A stretch of 64,000 nt of DNA from contig CALLJK010000015.1 in assembly GCA_938091745.1 (NCBI GenBank), forward strand, positions 179-64,178, read 5' to 3'. Every line of letters begins with the position of its first letter. The first letter of the stretch is position 1. The stretch is from Candidatus Bipolaricaulota bacterium (GTDB lineage: Bacteria > Bipolaricaulota > Bipolaricaulia > RBG-16-55-9 > DRXL01). This document shows positions 10,087 to 19,822 of the stretch, in pieces. Under the pieces are notes generated by a model. That model was given only the letters and a program-made list of their open reading frames with translations, made no database searches and was not told the DNA's origin. A program made the position numbers and the translations under genes.

Positions 10087-10646
10087 GGGCTTTGGATCGT
10101 GAGCACCGGCTCAAGCCAGCTGATCTTCTTTAGCTCGGCTTCGATCTGGAGCACGCGCTCGCGGTGCGCTAAAATCCGGTGCAGGAAGTTCCGTAAGAGT
10201 CTCCGCACGTCTTCTGGATTGTTCTGAGCAAGGAAGTTGAGCGCCAGCGAGGCGTTCATCTTGATGCCGTTGATCTCCTTCAAAAACTCTTGAAGGAGCT
10301 TACAGAGGCGTTCGTGGTCGGTGCGGTCGACAGCACTAGGCTTCATCGTGCAGATCCGCCCCTGATAGTCACCGATAAGAAACTCGTACTGCTCGGCGAT
10401 CTCGTAGACCTCGGAAAAATTCTCTCTGCGAATACAGATCTCTTCGTCGCGGCAATCGAGATCAACTCGAATCCCGTTGAGCATGAACGCTACTCCAGGA
10501 TCGAGTCCTCCACGCCCTCGTAGGACTTCGAGAACGCTTGCTCTATACGCTTCCGACGAAGGGGTGCTAGCCTGCCGCGCCCACCAGAAGATCAAGCCCC
10601 CAGCGACCAACAGCCCCACTACCGCAAGCCATATCCATTTTTGCAT
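10083..10646 (-). CDS. Hypothetical membrane-anchored protein
   Basis: N-terminal hydrophobic helix (WIWLAVVGLLVAGGLIFWW) followed by a helical domain with four Cys. No family recognised. Confidence 0.6.
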   Translation of the reverse strand: MQKWIWLAVVGLLVAGGLIFWWARQASTPSSEAYRASVLEVLRGRGGLDPGVAFMLNGIRVDLDCRDEEICIRRENFSEVYEIAEQYEFLIGDYQGRICTMKPSAVDRTDHERLCKLLQEFLKEINGIKMNASLALNFLAQNNPEDVRRLLRNFLHRILAHRERVLQIEAELKKISWLEPVLTIQSP

Positions 10647-10702
10647 AGGATTTAGTGTGCACAAAATTTACGAACAAGTCAAGCCGCACTGCCAACCCCG
10701 TC

Positions 10703-10732
10703 TTGACAACCCCCCATCCCTTGGTGTAATAT
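10703..10732 (+). promoter_or_regulatory. Probable promoter for the peptide-binding-protein gene, giving a ~120-nt leader
   Basis: TTGACA at 10703-10708 followed by TGTAAT/TAATAT at a 16-18 nt spacing. Confidence 0.6.
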
Positions 10733-10861
10733 ATATCACAAACCGAAAAGCCAGCGTTCGGGGTGGTTCACACGCTGAGCTGATAAGGAGGTGGTTGCCG
10801 AGTCTAAATCGTCCAGCACTTTATTCCCACACCATCCAAAACTTCAGAAGGAGGGAGCAGC

Positions 10862-12700
10862 ATGAAAGCAGTTTGGAGATGGGGAGCTCTAGCTCTAACT
10901 CTGGTGCTAGTCATTGGTGTAACAAGTGGGTTGGCGCAGCAGGTTAAGAACCCCGATACCTACATTGAAGCGACTATCGGCGATCTGGAGACCCTCGACC
11001 CGGCATGGCACTAAGACACCGCAAGCGCAACAGCGATCTTTAATATTTACGAGACCCTTATCTTCTACGACGGCGAGGCGATTGACAAGTTCGTCCCGAT
11101 GCTCGCAGAGAGCTGGACGATTTCCCCCGACGGGAGCACCTATACGTTTAAGATTCGCAAGGGCGTCAAGTTCCACGAGGGCGGCGACCTCAGCGCCGAT
11201 GACGTGGCCTATAGCCTCCAGAGAGCGCTCTTGCAGGACCGCTCCGGCGGCCCCATCCACATGATCATCGAGCACGTCCTCGATGTCGCCTCCATTGATG
11301 AGCTGGCCAAGAAGGAAGGCGATCTGAAAGCCTGCCAGATGGTGCTCGATGCGATCAAGGTCACGGCACCAGACACGGTCACGATCAAGCTGGCCTCACC
11401 CTTCGGGCCCTTCATCCAGATTCTCGCGGGCAGCTGGATGTCTATTATCGACAAGGAGTGGGCCATCGCTCGCGGTGACTGGGACGGCAAGTGCGACAAC
11501 TGGCGCAAGTGGTGGGACCCCAAGGCTGAGGCCTCCAAGCTCTTTGATGTGGCCAACGGCACCGGCCCCTACAAGCTGGTGAAGTGGGACAAGGGCAAGG
11601 AGATCATCCTCGAGCGCAACGACAACTATTGGCGCAGTCCGGCCAAGATCAAGAACTACATCAGAAAGGTCGTGCCGGAGTGGGGCACTCGCTTGGCCAT
11701 GTTTGAGGCCGGTGACGCCGACTCCATCGATGTGCCTCGCGCCTTCGTCTCAGCGATGGACCCCTTGGTCAAGGCCGGCAAGGCCCGTATGCATGGACCG
11801 CTGCCGAGCGCGACCATGCAAAGCGGCTTCATTAACTTCAAGGTGAAGGAAGGCAGCCCCTACATGCCGAAGCTCGGCGGCGCGGATAAGCCCGATCTCT
11901 TGCTCGACCTCAACCTCAGACGAGCCCTCAACTACTGCTTCGACACAGCTACGTACATCAAGGAATCCTGGCTGGGCGAGGCAGAGTGGATGCGCGGTGG
12001 GGTGATCATCAAAGGCCGGCTCGGCTTCAACCCAGAGCAGAAGGGCTATGAGTTCAGCCTAGCCAAGTGCGAGGAGGAGCTGAAGGCGGCTTGGGGCGGC
12101 AAGCTCTGGTCCGATGGCATGCGCCTCACCTTGACGTTCAACCAGGGCAACGTAGCGCGCCGCTTCGCCGCAGAGATGCTCGAGCGCAATCTCGAAGATA
12201 TGAACAAGAAGCGGCCTGGCCGGCCGATCTTCTCCGTGGACGTGCTCGACCTGCCCTGGCCGAGCTATCTGAAGGCCATGGACGCCGGGGAGCTCGCGGT
12301 CTTCTGGGTTGGCTGGCTCGAGGACTATGCCCATCCACACAACTGGGTCCAGCCGTATATGTTCCGCACTGGAGCCTTCGCTATGGCTCAGAACTTCGAC
12401 GTCCTCAAGGACGTGGAGTTCAAGCCCGTTTATGCTACCTTCCTTGAGGCCAAGAAGTACCCCACGCTCCAGGACCTCTTCGATGATCTGGTCGTGAAGG
12501 CCAAGAAGGAGCCGGATCAGAAGGTCGGTGGCAAGGCTGAGAAGATCTACTTCGAGCTCAACCGCCTGGCTATGGAGTATGCGATCAACATCCAGAACAT
12601 CCAACTCCTATTCCGACGCTATGAGCAAGTCTGGGTGAAAGGCTGGTTCTACAACCCGGCCTATCCTGGGACGTACGTCTATTGGCTCAGCAAGGGCTAA
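10862..12700 (+). pseudogene. Peptide ABC transporter substrate-binding protein (family 5) interrupted by a single in-frame TAA at 11012-11014 (nonsense allele or sequence error)
   Basis: ATG 10862 after SD GAAGGAGG gives signal peptide MKAVWRWGALALTLVLVIGVTSGLA, then ...ETLDPAWH*DTASATAIFNIYETL in the same frame as the 11099-12700 ORF. The family motif normally reads LDPAxxYD. Confidence 0.8.
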
Positions 12701-12726
12701 GACTCAGGTAGTCCGTAGGAAGATGC

Positions 12727-12753
12727 GGGCCGGAGGCAGATGCCCTCCGGCCC
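12727..12753 (+). terminator. GC-rich hairpin after the binding-protein gene (terminator or mRNA stabiliser)
   Basis: GGGCCGGAGG-CAGATGC-CCTCCGGCCC, followed by TTGCGTTT. Confidence 0.65.
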
Positions 12754-12819
12754 TTGCGTTTGCCGCTTGCTTGACGGGCCTCGACTTAATATGTTATACT
12801 CTTTAAAGCTGAAGCGATC

Positions 12820-13848
12820 ATGCTTGCATATATTATTCGGCGGTTGCTGCTACTCCCTATATTGCTTCTTGGGGTGACGGTCTTCGTCTTCGCGATCTTT
12901 TCCCTCCTTTCCCCCGAGATGCGCGCCAGCCTCTATCTGTCGGATGTGCCCAAGAGCCCAGACGCAATGGAGCGCATCATCCATAAGTATGGGCTGGATC
13001 AGCCAATCCACATCCAATATTGGCAATGGCTCAACCAAATTATTCGGGGTGATTTAGGCTGGTCTAGGACCGCTCAGCGCCCCGTCAGCGAAGCCTTGCT
13101 CTACTATCTACCAGCCACCCTGGAGCTTTCCCTGTGGGCGATGCTCCCCGTCATCCTCATCGGCATCTGGCTGGGGATACTCTCGGCCGTCCACCAAAAT
13201 AAGCTCATCGATCATACCTTGCGTGTCTTTGCCCTTGTAGGATGGTCATTGCCCACGTTTGTCTTCGGGCTTCTGTTACTGATGTATTTCTATGCGAAAT
13301 TGCAATGGTTCCCCCCAGGGCAAATCTCCGATTGGGTCACACGAGAAGTCATCAACGGCTCTTTCATACGCTACACCCAGCTGTATACTATAGATGCCCT
13401 GCTCAACGGGAGGCTAGATGTCTTTTGGGATTCCTTGCGCCATCTGTTTCTGCCCGTCATCACGCTCTCGTATGTGCAATGGGCCCTGCTGTTGCGCGTA
13501 ACGCGCAGCTCGATGTTAGAGACGCTGCGTCAAGAGTACATCATGACCGCGCGGGCCAAAGGGCTGAAAGAGAGCGTAGTCATCAATAAGCATGCCACCC
13601 GCAACGCCATGATCCCTGTAGCGACGATGGGCGGGTTGCTCCTGATCGGCTTACTCAACGGCGTTGTCATTACGGAGACGATCTTTAACTATCCTGGGAT
13701 CGGCCGATGGGCTGCCGATGCTGCGATCCGACTTGATATCTTGAGCGTAGTAGGGTTCACGCTCTTCAACGGTGTGTTACTGGTCGTGGGCAACTTGATT
13801 GTGGATTTACTCTACGCGTTCATTGATCCACGGGTGAGGCTAGATTGA
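12820..13848 (+). CDS. Peptide ABC transporter permease (OppB/DppB-like)
   Basis: MLAYIIRRLL start, GLDQPIHIQY and EAA loop EYIMTARAKGLKE. Confidence 0.93.
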   Translation: MLAYIIRRLLLLPILLLGVTVFVFAIFSLLSPEMRASLYLSDVPKSPDAMERIIHKYGLDQPIHIQYWQWLNQIIRGDLGWSRTAQRPVSEALLYYLPATLELSLWAMLPVILIGIWLGILSAVHQNKLIDHTLRVFALVGWSLPTFVFGLLLLMYFYAKLQWFPPGQISDWVTREVINGSFIRYTQLYTIDALLNGRLDVFWDSLRHLFLPVITLSYVQWALLLRVTRSSMLETLRQEYIMTARAKGLKESVVINKHATRNAMIPVATMGGLLLIGLLNGVVITETIFNYPGIGRWAADAAIRLDILSVVGFTLFNGVLLVVGNLIVDLLYAFIDPRVRLD

Positions 13849-14774
13849 AAATCTTTAAACGTCTTCTTAGAAACCCGCTCTCCTTGGCAGGCTTGATCAT
13901 AGTGCTCTTCTTTGTGGCCATAGCGATTGCTGCACCGTGGCTCGCACCTCCTGAGAACCCTTATGAGCCGTATCGCATCGTCAGGTGTGGCTACACTCAT
14001 ATGCCTCAACCCCCAAACGGGAACAACCCTCTAGAGCAGATCTGGAAGGTCATCACCAAACAAGCCACGATCTGCGAGGCCCGGCCCTTCGGCCTCATCC
14101 AAAGCTATGATATTTATTACGGGATCATATGGGGGACGCGCACAGCCTTCTTCGTCGGCCTGGTCATCACAGGGTTAAATGTCCTGATCGGCTTATTGAT
14201 CGGGTCGATCGGGGCATACTTCGGCCGCTGGATTGATGAAATCCTCATGCGCATCACCGATATCTTTCTTGCTTTCCCCTTCTTAGTGGCAGCTATCACG
14301 CTCGCTGCCGTGCTCCAACCGACCTTGGGGCGCGGGCTCTTGACTGCTATGATCGCCTTGATCGTCTTCGGCTGGATGGGGTATGCTCGTTTAATCCGCG
14401 GCGATATCTTAGCGATTAAAGAGCGTGAGTACGTCTATGCCGCTCAGGCTGTAGGAGCCCCGCACTATCGCATTCTCTTGCGCCATATCATCCCCAATGC
14501 GATTTATCCGACGTTAGTTGTTGGCTCAATGGACATCGGATCATATGTCTTGAGCTTCGCAGCATTGAGCTTTTTGGGGCTAGGGGCCGAGGTAGGCTAC
14601 GCTGACTGGGGACAGATGATTAGCTTCGCCCGCGACTGGATTCCACGATTGAGCGATCACTGGTACATTGTCGTCTATCCTGGTATGGCGATCTTGCTCT
14701 TTGTGCTGGGATGGAATCTCATCGGCGATGCATTCAGAGATATCTTAGATCCGCGGTTGAAGGGCCGCATCTAA
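13845..14774 (+). CDS. Peptide ABC transporter permease (OppC/DppC-like)
   Basis: DEILMRITDIFLAFP, EYVYAAQAVGA...RHIIPN and GDAFRDILDPR; TTG start overlaps the previous stop. Confidence 0.93.
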   Translation: MKIFKRLLRNPLSLAGLIIVLFFVAIAIAAPWLAPPENPYEPYRIVRCGYTHMPQPPNGNNPLEQIWKVITKQATICEARPFGLIQSYDIYYGIIWGTRTAFFVGLVITGLNVLIGLLIGSIGAYFGRWIDEILMRITDIFLAFPFLVAAITLAAVLQPTLGRGLLTAMIALIVFGWMGYARLIRGDILAIKEREYVYAAQAVGAPHYRILLRHIIPNAIYPTLVVGSMDIGSYVLSFAALSFLGLGAEVGYADWGQMISFARDWIPRLSDHWYIVVYPGMAILLFVLGWNLIGDAFRDILDPRLKGRI

Positions 14775-14776
14775 CA

Positions 14777-14980
14777 TTACTCTTTCTTCTCCGCTTCCTC
14801 AAGAGCGATAATCTCCATCCCGTTGTAATATCCACAATGAAGACAGACGCGATGGGGCAGCTTCGGCTCATGACAGCGTGGACACTCGTTGATTGTCACT
14901 GGAGTAAACTTATAACTGGCCGCACGGTGCATGCGCTTCTGCGATCTTGACCGTCTGTATTTTGGTTGTCCCTGACCCAT
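14777..14980 (-). CDS. rpmF: 50S ribosomal protein bL32 (zinc-binding type)
   Basis: QPKYRRSRS...CPRCHEPKLPHRVCLHCGYY; SD AGGAG before ATG 14980. Confidence 0.93.
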   Translation of the reverse strand: MGQGQPKYRRSRSQKRMHRAASYKFTPVTINECPRCHEPKLPHRVCLHCGYYNGMEIIALEEAEKKE

Positions 14981-15020
14981 AGTCACAGCTCCTTATGTTC
15001 ACATCTTATCAGAGAGAATA

Positions 15021-15473
15021 TCATTGTGCAACCGGCTCGCTCTCCAGAATAAAAGTAACAGGGCCGTCGTTGATGAGCGAGACCTTCATGCGCGCGCCAA
15101 AGATTCCAGATTCGATTTTAAGCCCGCTGCGGCGTAGCTCCTGCAGAAAGAGCTCATAGAGTACGCGGGCCTGATCAGGCGGCGCCGCCGCGTCGAAGCT
15201 GGGCCGCCGCCCCTTCTGGGTATTCCCATAGAGCGTAAACTGCGAGATCACTAAAATCTCGCCCTGCACGTCCTTGACGGAGAGGTTCATCTTGCCCGCT
15301 GAGTCTTCGAAGATTCTCAGTCCCAGAACGCGATCTGCGAGAAAGAGCGCATCGTGCTCGGAGTCGCCCTTGCCCACGCCCAAAAAGACTAAGAGCCCTG
15401 GACCGATCTGACCTACGATCTGGCCGTCAATTTCGACAGACGCTTCTGTGACGCGCTGGAGGACAAGACGCAT
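15021..15473 (-). CDS. dtd: D-aminoacyl-tRNA deacylase
   Basis: [22 protein letters not shown] and NDGPVT motifs. Confidence 0.96.
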   Translation of the reverse strand: MRLVLQRVTEASVEIDGQIVGQIGPGLLVFLGVGKGDSEHDALFLADRVLGLRIFEDSAGKMNLSVKDVQGEILVISQFTLYGNTQKGRRPSFDAAAPPDQARVLYELFLQELRRSGLKIESGIFGARMKVSLINDGPVTFILESEPVAQ

Positions 15474-15541
15474 AGTGAGACTTATTGTAATTGCTCAAGC
15501 TCAGATTAGCAAGCGCGAGCACACACGGTGTATAATAAGCT

Positions 15542-17065
15542 ATGCCCAAGCGCCCGTATGTGCTCGTCATTTTAGACGGCTGGGGAATGCGCGAAGAAAG
15601 AGATTGGAACGCTATCGCAACAGCAAAGACCCCCAATTTCGATCACTATTGGGAGAGCTGCCCCAATACACTCGTGCGCACCGACGGGCGCTTTGTCGGG
15701 TTGCCCGAGGGACAATTTGGCAACTCCGAAGTGGGCCATCAGAATCTGGGCGCGGGGCGCGTCGTCGTGCAGGCCTCGACGCGCATCTCCGATGCCATCG
15801 CCGACGGGAGCTTCTTCAAAAATAGCGCTTTGTTGCGCGCCATCGCGCATGTGCAAGCGCACAACTCCCGACTCCATCTGACGGGGCTGGTCAGCGACGG
15901 CGGCGTGCACAGCTTATTAGAGCATCTCTTCGCCCTGATAGAATTAGCTCAACGCGAACACGTCTATAATCTCTATATTCACGCTTTTTTAGATGGGCGC
16001 GACACCCCGCCGACATCAGGGGCAAGTTATATAAAACAGGTGCGCGAGTTCTGCGAAAAGCAGGGCTTTGGGTATATTGCTACCCTTATGGGGCGCTACT
16101 GGGCAATGGACCGCGACAACCGCTGGGAGCGCACTGAGAAGGCTTATCGTGCGCTGCGCTTTGCCGAAGGCTTCAGGAATGACGGGCCCCCAGAAGCTGC
16201 AGTCGAAAGGGCTTATCAGCGCGGCGAGACCGACGAATTTATCAAACCCATCGTGCTCGATCCCGACGGAGCTATTCGCGACGGCGACGCTGTTATATTC
16301 TTTAATTTTCGCCCTGATCGGGCGCGCCAGCTCACCCGCGCTTTCACTGAGAAAAACTTCGCTCAGTTTGATCGCGGGCCATGCCCCAAGATCGAATTCG
16401 TCACGCTCACCCAGTACGATCAAAGCTTCTCGGTCCCTGCGGCCTTCCCCGGCGAAGAGAGATTAGAAAATATTTTCGGGGAAGTGCTGAGCGCGGCAGG
16501 GCTGACGCAGTTCCGTCTGGCAGAAACCGAAAAATACGCGCACGTCACGTATTTTTTCAATAACGGTCACGAGACGCCCTTCCCCGGAGAAGACAGAAAG
16601 CTCATCCCATCTCCTAAAGTCGCTACGTATGACCTAAAGCCAGAGATGTCGGCCTACGAGGTCACCGACGAAGCGATCAGACAGATCACGAGTCATCGCT
16701 ATGACTTTGTTCTGATAAACTACGCCAACCCGGATATGGTGGGTCACACCGGGGTCTTTGAAGCTGCTGTCAGAGCTGTCGAAGCTGTCGACGAATGTCT
16801 GGGGCGCGTTGTCGAAGCGACACGCTCCGTCGACGGAGAACTCTTAATCACTGCTGATCACGGCAATGCCGATATCATGAGAGACGCGCATGGGCGCCCC
16901 CATACGGCGCACACGCACAGCCCTGGTCCGCTCATCTACGTTGGGCCACGCAAGATCAAGCTTGCTGACGGCGGGGCACTCTGCGACATCGCACCAACGT
17001 TGCTAGAATTGATGGGATTAGAAAAACCCAGAGAGATGGCAGGACGGAGCTTGGTGAAGGCCTAA
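15542..17065 (+). CDS. gpmI: 2,3-bisphosphoglycerate-independent phosphoglycerate mutase
   Basis: ILDGWG, GNSEVGH, DGRDTPP, FRPDRARQ, AETEKYAHVT, NPDMVGHTG and TADHGNA motifs. Confidence 0.97.
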   Translation: MPKRPYVLVILDGWGMREERDWNAIATAKTPNFDHYWESCPNTLVRTDGRFVGLPEGQFGNSEVGHQNLGAGRVVVQASTRISDAIADGSFFKNSALLRAIAHVQAHNSRLHLTGLVSDGGVHSLLEHLFALIELAQREHVYNLYIHAFLDGRDTPPTSGASYIKQVREFCEKQGFGYIATLMGRYWAMDRDNRWERTEKAYRALRFAEGFRNDGPPEAAVERAYQRGETDEFIKPIVLDPDGAIRDGDAVIFFNFRPDRARQLTRAFTEKNFAQFDRGPCPKIEFVTLTQYDQSFSVPAAFPGEERLENIFGEVLSAAGLTQFRLAETEKYAHVTYFFNNGHETPFPGEDRKLIPSPKVATYDLKPEMSAYEVTDEAIRQITSHRYDFVLINYANPDMVGHTGVFEAAVRAVEAVDECLGRVVEATRSVDGELLITADHGNADIMRDAHGRPHTAHTHSPGPLIYVGPRKIKLADGGALCDIAPTLLELMGLEKPREMAGRSLVKA

Positions 17066-17067
17066 TT

Positions 17068-17108
17068 CCCTGACCCCTCAAGTCCCCTCTCCCTTGGGGG
17101 GAGAGGGG
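17068..17108. repeat. Degenerate copy of the 2536-2608 palindrome family
   Basis: CCCTGACCCC...CCCCTCTCCC-TTGGG-GGGAGAGGGG, directly after the gpmI stop. Confidence 0.65.
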
Positions 17109-17132
17109 CTAGGAGAGAAGCTTACAAAAGCT

Positions 17133-17492
17133 ATGGCGGAACTGAGAAAGATCAGCAGCGAGCTAGGAGACATCTATATCTCTGAGCGAGCTATCGTCCA
17201 GCTCTGCGCAAAAGTTATTAGCGAGCAGGAGGGGTTACGGACCCCACGCCAGGCCCGCGAAAGCTCCGGCTTTTTCAGCACTATCACTCAAGCCGTCAAG
17301 GGCGACGGCATCGAGGTCCTCAAGGAGAACGGACGCCTGGTCATCAAGATGACGCTCTTTGCTGTCTATGGGACGCGCATCCACGAGGCTGCCCAAAAAG
17401 CGATCAAAGAGGTCAAAGCGCGGGTGCGCGAACTGGCGGGTCTGGAGATCGATGATGTCCTCATCGAGATCACCGGGATTGTCAAAGGGTAA
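17133..17492 (+). CDS. Asp23/Gls24-family envelope stress protein
   Basis: GDIYISERAIVQL, GIEVLKENGRLVIKM...YGTRIHEAAQKA...VRELAGLEIDDVLIEITGI pattern. Confidence 0.8.
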   Translation: MAELRKISSELGDIYISERAIVQLCAKVISEQEGLRTPRQARESSGFFSTITQAVKGDGIEVLKENGRLVIKMTLFAVYGTRIHEAAQKAIKEVKARVRELAGLEIDDVLIEITGIVKG

Positions 17493-17495
17493 ACA

Positions 17496-18197
17496 ATGCA
17501 CCCGCACGAAATCGCCCAGATGTTCTCCAAGATCGCGCGCCGCTATGATCTCGCCAATCGCATTCTGAGCTTCAATCGCGACCGCGCATGGCGAAGAGAG
17601 CTCGTGCAGCAAGCTGCTCCCAGATCTGGCGAACGTCTTTTGGATCTGTGTACCGGCACGGGCGACGTTGTCATCGCGTTTGCCTACGCGTGCCCAGCGC
17701 TGCAGATCGTGGGGCTTGATCTCTCTGAAGAGATGCTCCGTGTTGCTCGTGAGAAGTGCGCTCGGCTTGGCCTCGATCAACGTGTGCAGTTTGTGCACGG
17801 GGATGTGCTCGAGCTGCCCTTCGCTGAAAGCTCTTTTGAGATCGCCACGATAGCATTTGGGCTGCGCAATCTCCCAGATCGCGCTCGGGGACTGAGAGAG
17901 ATCTATCGCGTGCTCTCCCATAGGGGGCGCGTATTCATCTTAGAGTTTTCCGCCCCTCAAAGTTTTCTCGCACGCTCGGTCTATCTTCCATATCTGCGAT
18001 ATATCGTGCCTTGGGTTGGAGGGATGCTCACAGGAGCACGCGCGCCTTATCAATATCTGCGTGATTCGATTCTGAGCTTCCCCAACCGTGCTCAGATTCT
18101 CGAGGAGCTCTATGACGTGGGCTTTCGCCCCGTGGGATATCGCGATCTTACGTTTGGGATCGCGACGCTCTACTGGGGCGGCAAAGCTATCTGCTGA
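17496..18197 (+). CDS. menG: Demethylmenaquinone methyltransferase (MenG/UbiE)
   Basis: MFSKIARRYDLANRILSF, LLDLCTGTGD, AFGLRN, YQYLRDSI and TFGIATLY motifs. Confidence 0.9.
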   Translation: MHPHEIAQMFSKIARRYDLANRILSFNRDRAWRRELVQQAAPRSGERLLDLCTGTGDVVIAFAYACPALQIVGLDLSEEMLRVAREKCARLGLDQRVQFVHGDVLELPFAESSFEIATIAFGLRNLPDRARGLREIYRVLSHRGRVFILEFSAPQSFLARSVYLPYLRYIVPWVGGMLTGARAPYQYLRDSILSFPNRAQILEELYDVGFRPVGYRDLTFGIATLYWGGKAIC

Positions 18198-19783
18198 GCA
18201 AGCGAGTGCAGTGCACGCCGTATAATCCAGACGATTACAACTACAGTGATCAATAGTGCTATCGCTACCTGCCACAGCGAGAGCGCTGGCCGCGTCCCGA
18301 CGGCTTTTACTTCCGTTTCTACCCCTGAGAGTTGAGCCTTCACCACATCCATATCAGCCATAAGGACACCAATGTCTCGAGCGAGCTCAGCCAATCGCTG
18401 ATCTGTGCGATTCGCTATTTCGAGGCTCTGCGTCTGCACAGCGCCTAGCTTCTCAGAGAGAGACGCCATAGCTCCTGATAGCGCAGTAACAGTGTCATGG
18501 AGTGCTGCAAGCTGGCGCTCTACTTGCTCGAGAGATTTCTCATAGGCTTTCGTCTCTTGGCTCAGTTGCGCGAGAGCACTCTGCACCACGAGCGCGCTAA
18601 GATTGCGTTCCTCGTGAGTGCTCAGATTCTTCGCCCAGATCTCACCACGGAGCGCTCCAGGTTCCTTCAAGCGCAAGAATCCTATCTCTTCGCGAGAGAG
18701 CCAAAACCCGAAGCCCGAACGCCCATCGTCGGTGAGCTTGCGCGCGGGAGCTGCTGCCGTGAGATCAAGCAGATATAGATCGGCCTTCACGGGCTCGTCG
18801 GGAGAGATAACTGTGAAGAGCACGCGTTCTCCATGGGGAGAGAGCGCCGGAGCGAGCGCGATCCCGCCCCCATCATAGAGCACTACTCGCTCGCCTGTCT
18901 CAACAGAGATCTCATAGAGATTGACCCGCTCGCGGGCACTCACAGAGAACGTCTGGTCATAGCCGTTGACATAGAGTCTCCGGCCGTCGCGAGAGGCTAT
19001 CAAAAAGAGCGGAACAGGCAAGAGCGGGAAGAATCCTTTGGTAATGCTGTACTCGCATCTACAATCAATGCTGAGCACAGCGAGACGCCCCGCGAAGATC
19101 CGGACTGTCTCCGGGGTGATCTCCTCTGGGCTGGGCAGGGCTTCTTCAGGGAATATCTTTTCGATAGAGAAGGCAAACACCCCTTGTCCATCAGGAGTCC
19201 ACAGTGGCCCCGGCCCGTAGGGCGCATAATAGATGCCCTCTTTGTCTTGTACAGTCTTGAGCAACTTCTCTTGACGGCTGTCTCGATCAAAGATATGCAA
19301 ATTGAGATAGTCGCCTATATGACTGTGATAAAACTTATAGAACGCGATCTTGCGCCCGTCGGGAGAGAACGTCGGCCCCCAGATGAAGCCGTGATCCCCT
19401 GATAAGAGCTCAGTCCGGCTATTGCTCCGACGGTCGAAGAGCATCAGCCGCCAGGGGTGTGAGAGTTTTCCACTGAAAATCTGCTGAAGCTCAATGCTTG
19501 GGCTTTCAACATAGAGCAGTTCATTCCCATCAGGGGAGAACGTCGCCCACGAGAGATTCTCTTCCCCCGTGAGCAGAGTCTGCACACGCCCTGTTGTGGG
19601 ATCTACAAGCCAGATCTGTCCTGCTTGGGGGAAAGTCTCGTAGAAGCCGTCAGCCCTACTAGGCATTGTCAAGGCGAGCAGCCCGTCGGGACCGACGCTG
19701 ATCTTGTTGGGCATAGGCCAGCAGCCCGTCACTATAAGAAGAACCCCACAAAGAAGAAGACACCCTTTGAGATACCCACCCAT
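18170..19783 (-). CDS. TolB-like/PD40 beta-propeller lipoprotein with coiled coil and C-terminal membrane anchor
   Basis: Lipobox-like IVTGC, repeated (W/F)SPDG units, a heptad-rich segment (LEQVERQLAALHDTVTALSG...) and a C-terminal hydrophobic helix followed by RR. Confidence 0.75.
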   Translation of the reverse strand: MGGYLKGCLLLCGVLLIVTGCWPMPNKISVGPDGLLALTMPSRADGFYETFPQAGQIWLVDPTTGRVQTLLTGEENLSWATFSPDGNELLYVESPSIELQQIFSGKLSHPWRLMLFDRRSNSRTELLSGDHGFIWGPTFSPDGRKIAFYKFYHSHIGDYLNLHIFDRDSRQEKLLKTVQDKEGIYYAPYGPGPLWTPDGQGVFAFSIEKIFPEEALPSPEEITPETVRIFAGRLAVLSIDCRCEYSITKGFFPLLPVPLFLIASRDGRRLYVNGYDQTFSVSARERVNLYEISVETGERVVLYDGGGIALAPALSPHGERVLFTVISPDEPVKADLYLLDLTAAAPARKLTDDGRSGFGFWLSREEIGFLRLKEPGALRGEIWAKNLSTHEERNLSALVVQSALAQLSQETKAYEKSLEQVERQLAALHDTVTALSGAMASLSEKLGAVQTQSLEIANRTDQRLAELARDIGVLMADMDVVKAQLSGVETEVKAVGTRPALSLWQVAIALLITVVVIVWIIRRALHSLAQQIALPPQ

Positions 19784-19822
19784 GACGAAGTCCCCCTTTC
19801 CCAAAGACTGAAGCTTGAGCCT

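Noticed and set aside
11012-11014. Genome-wide TAA-to-Tyr recoding
   Set aside because: TAA terminates many clear genes here (e.g. 4399-4401, 12698-12700, rpmJ, fusA), and no other internal TAA was seen.
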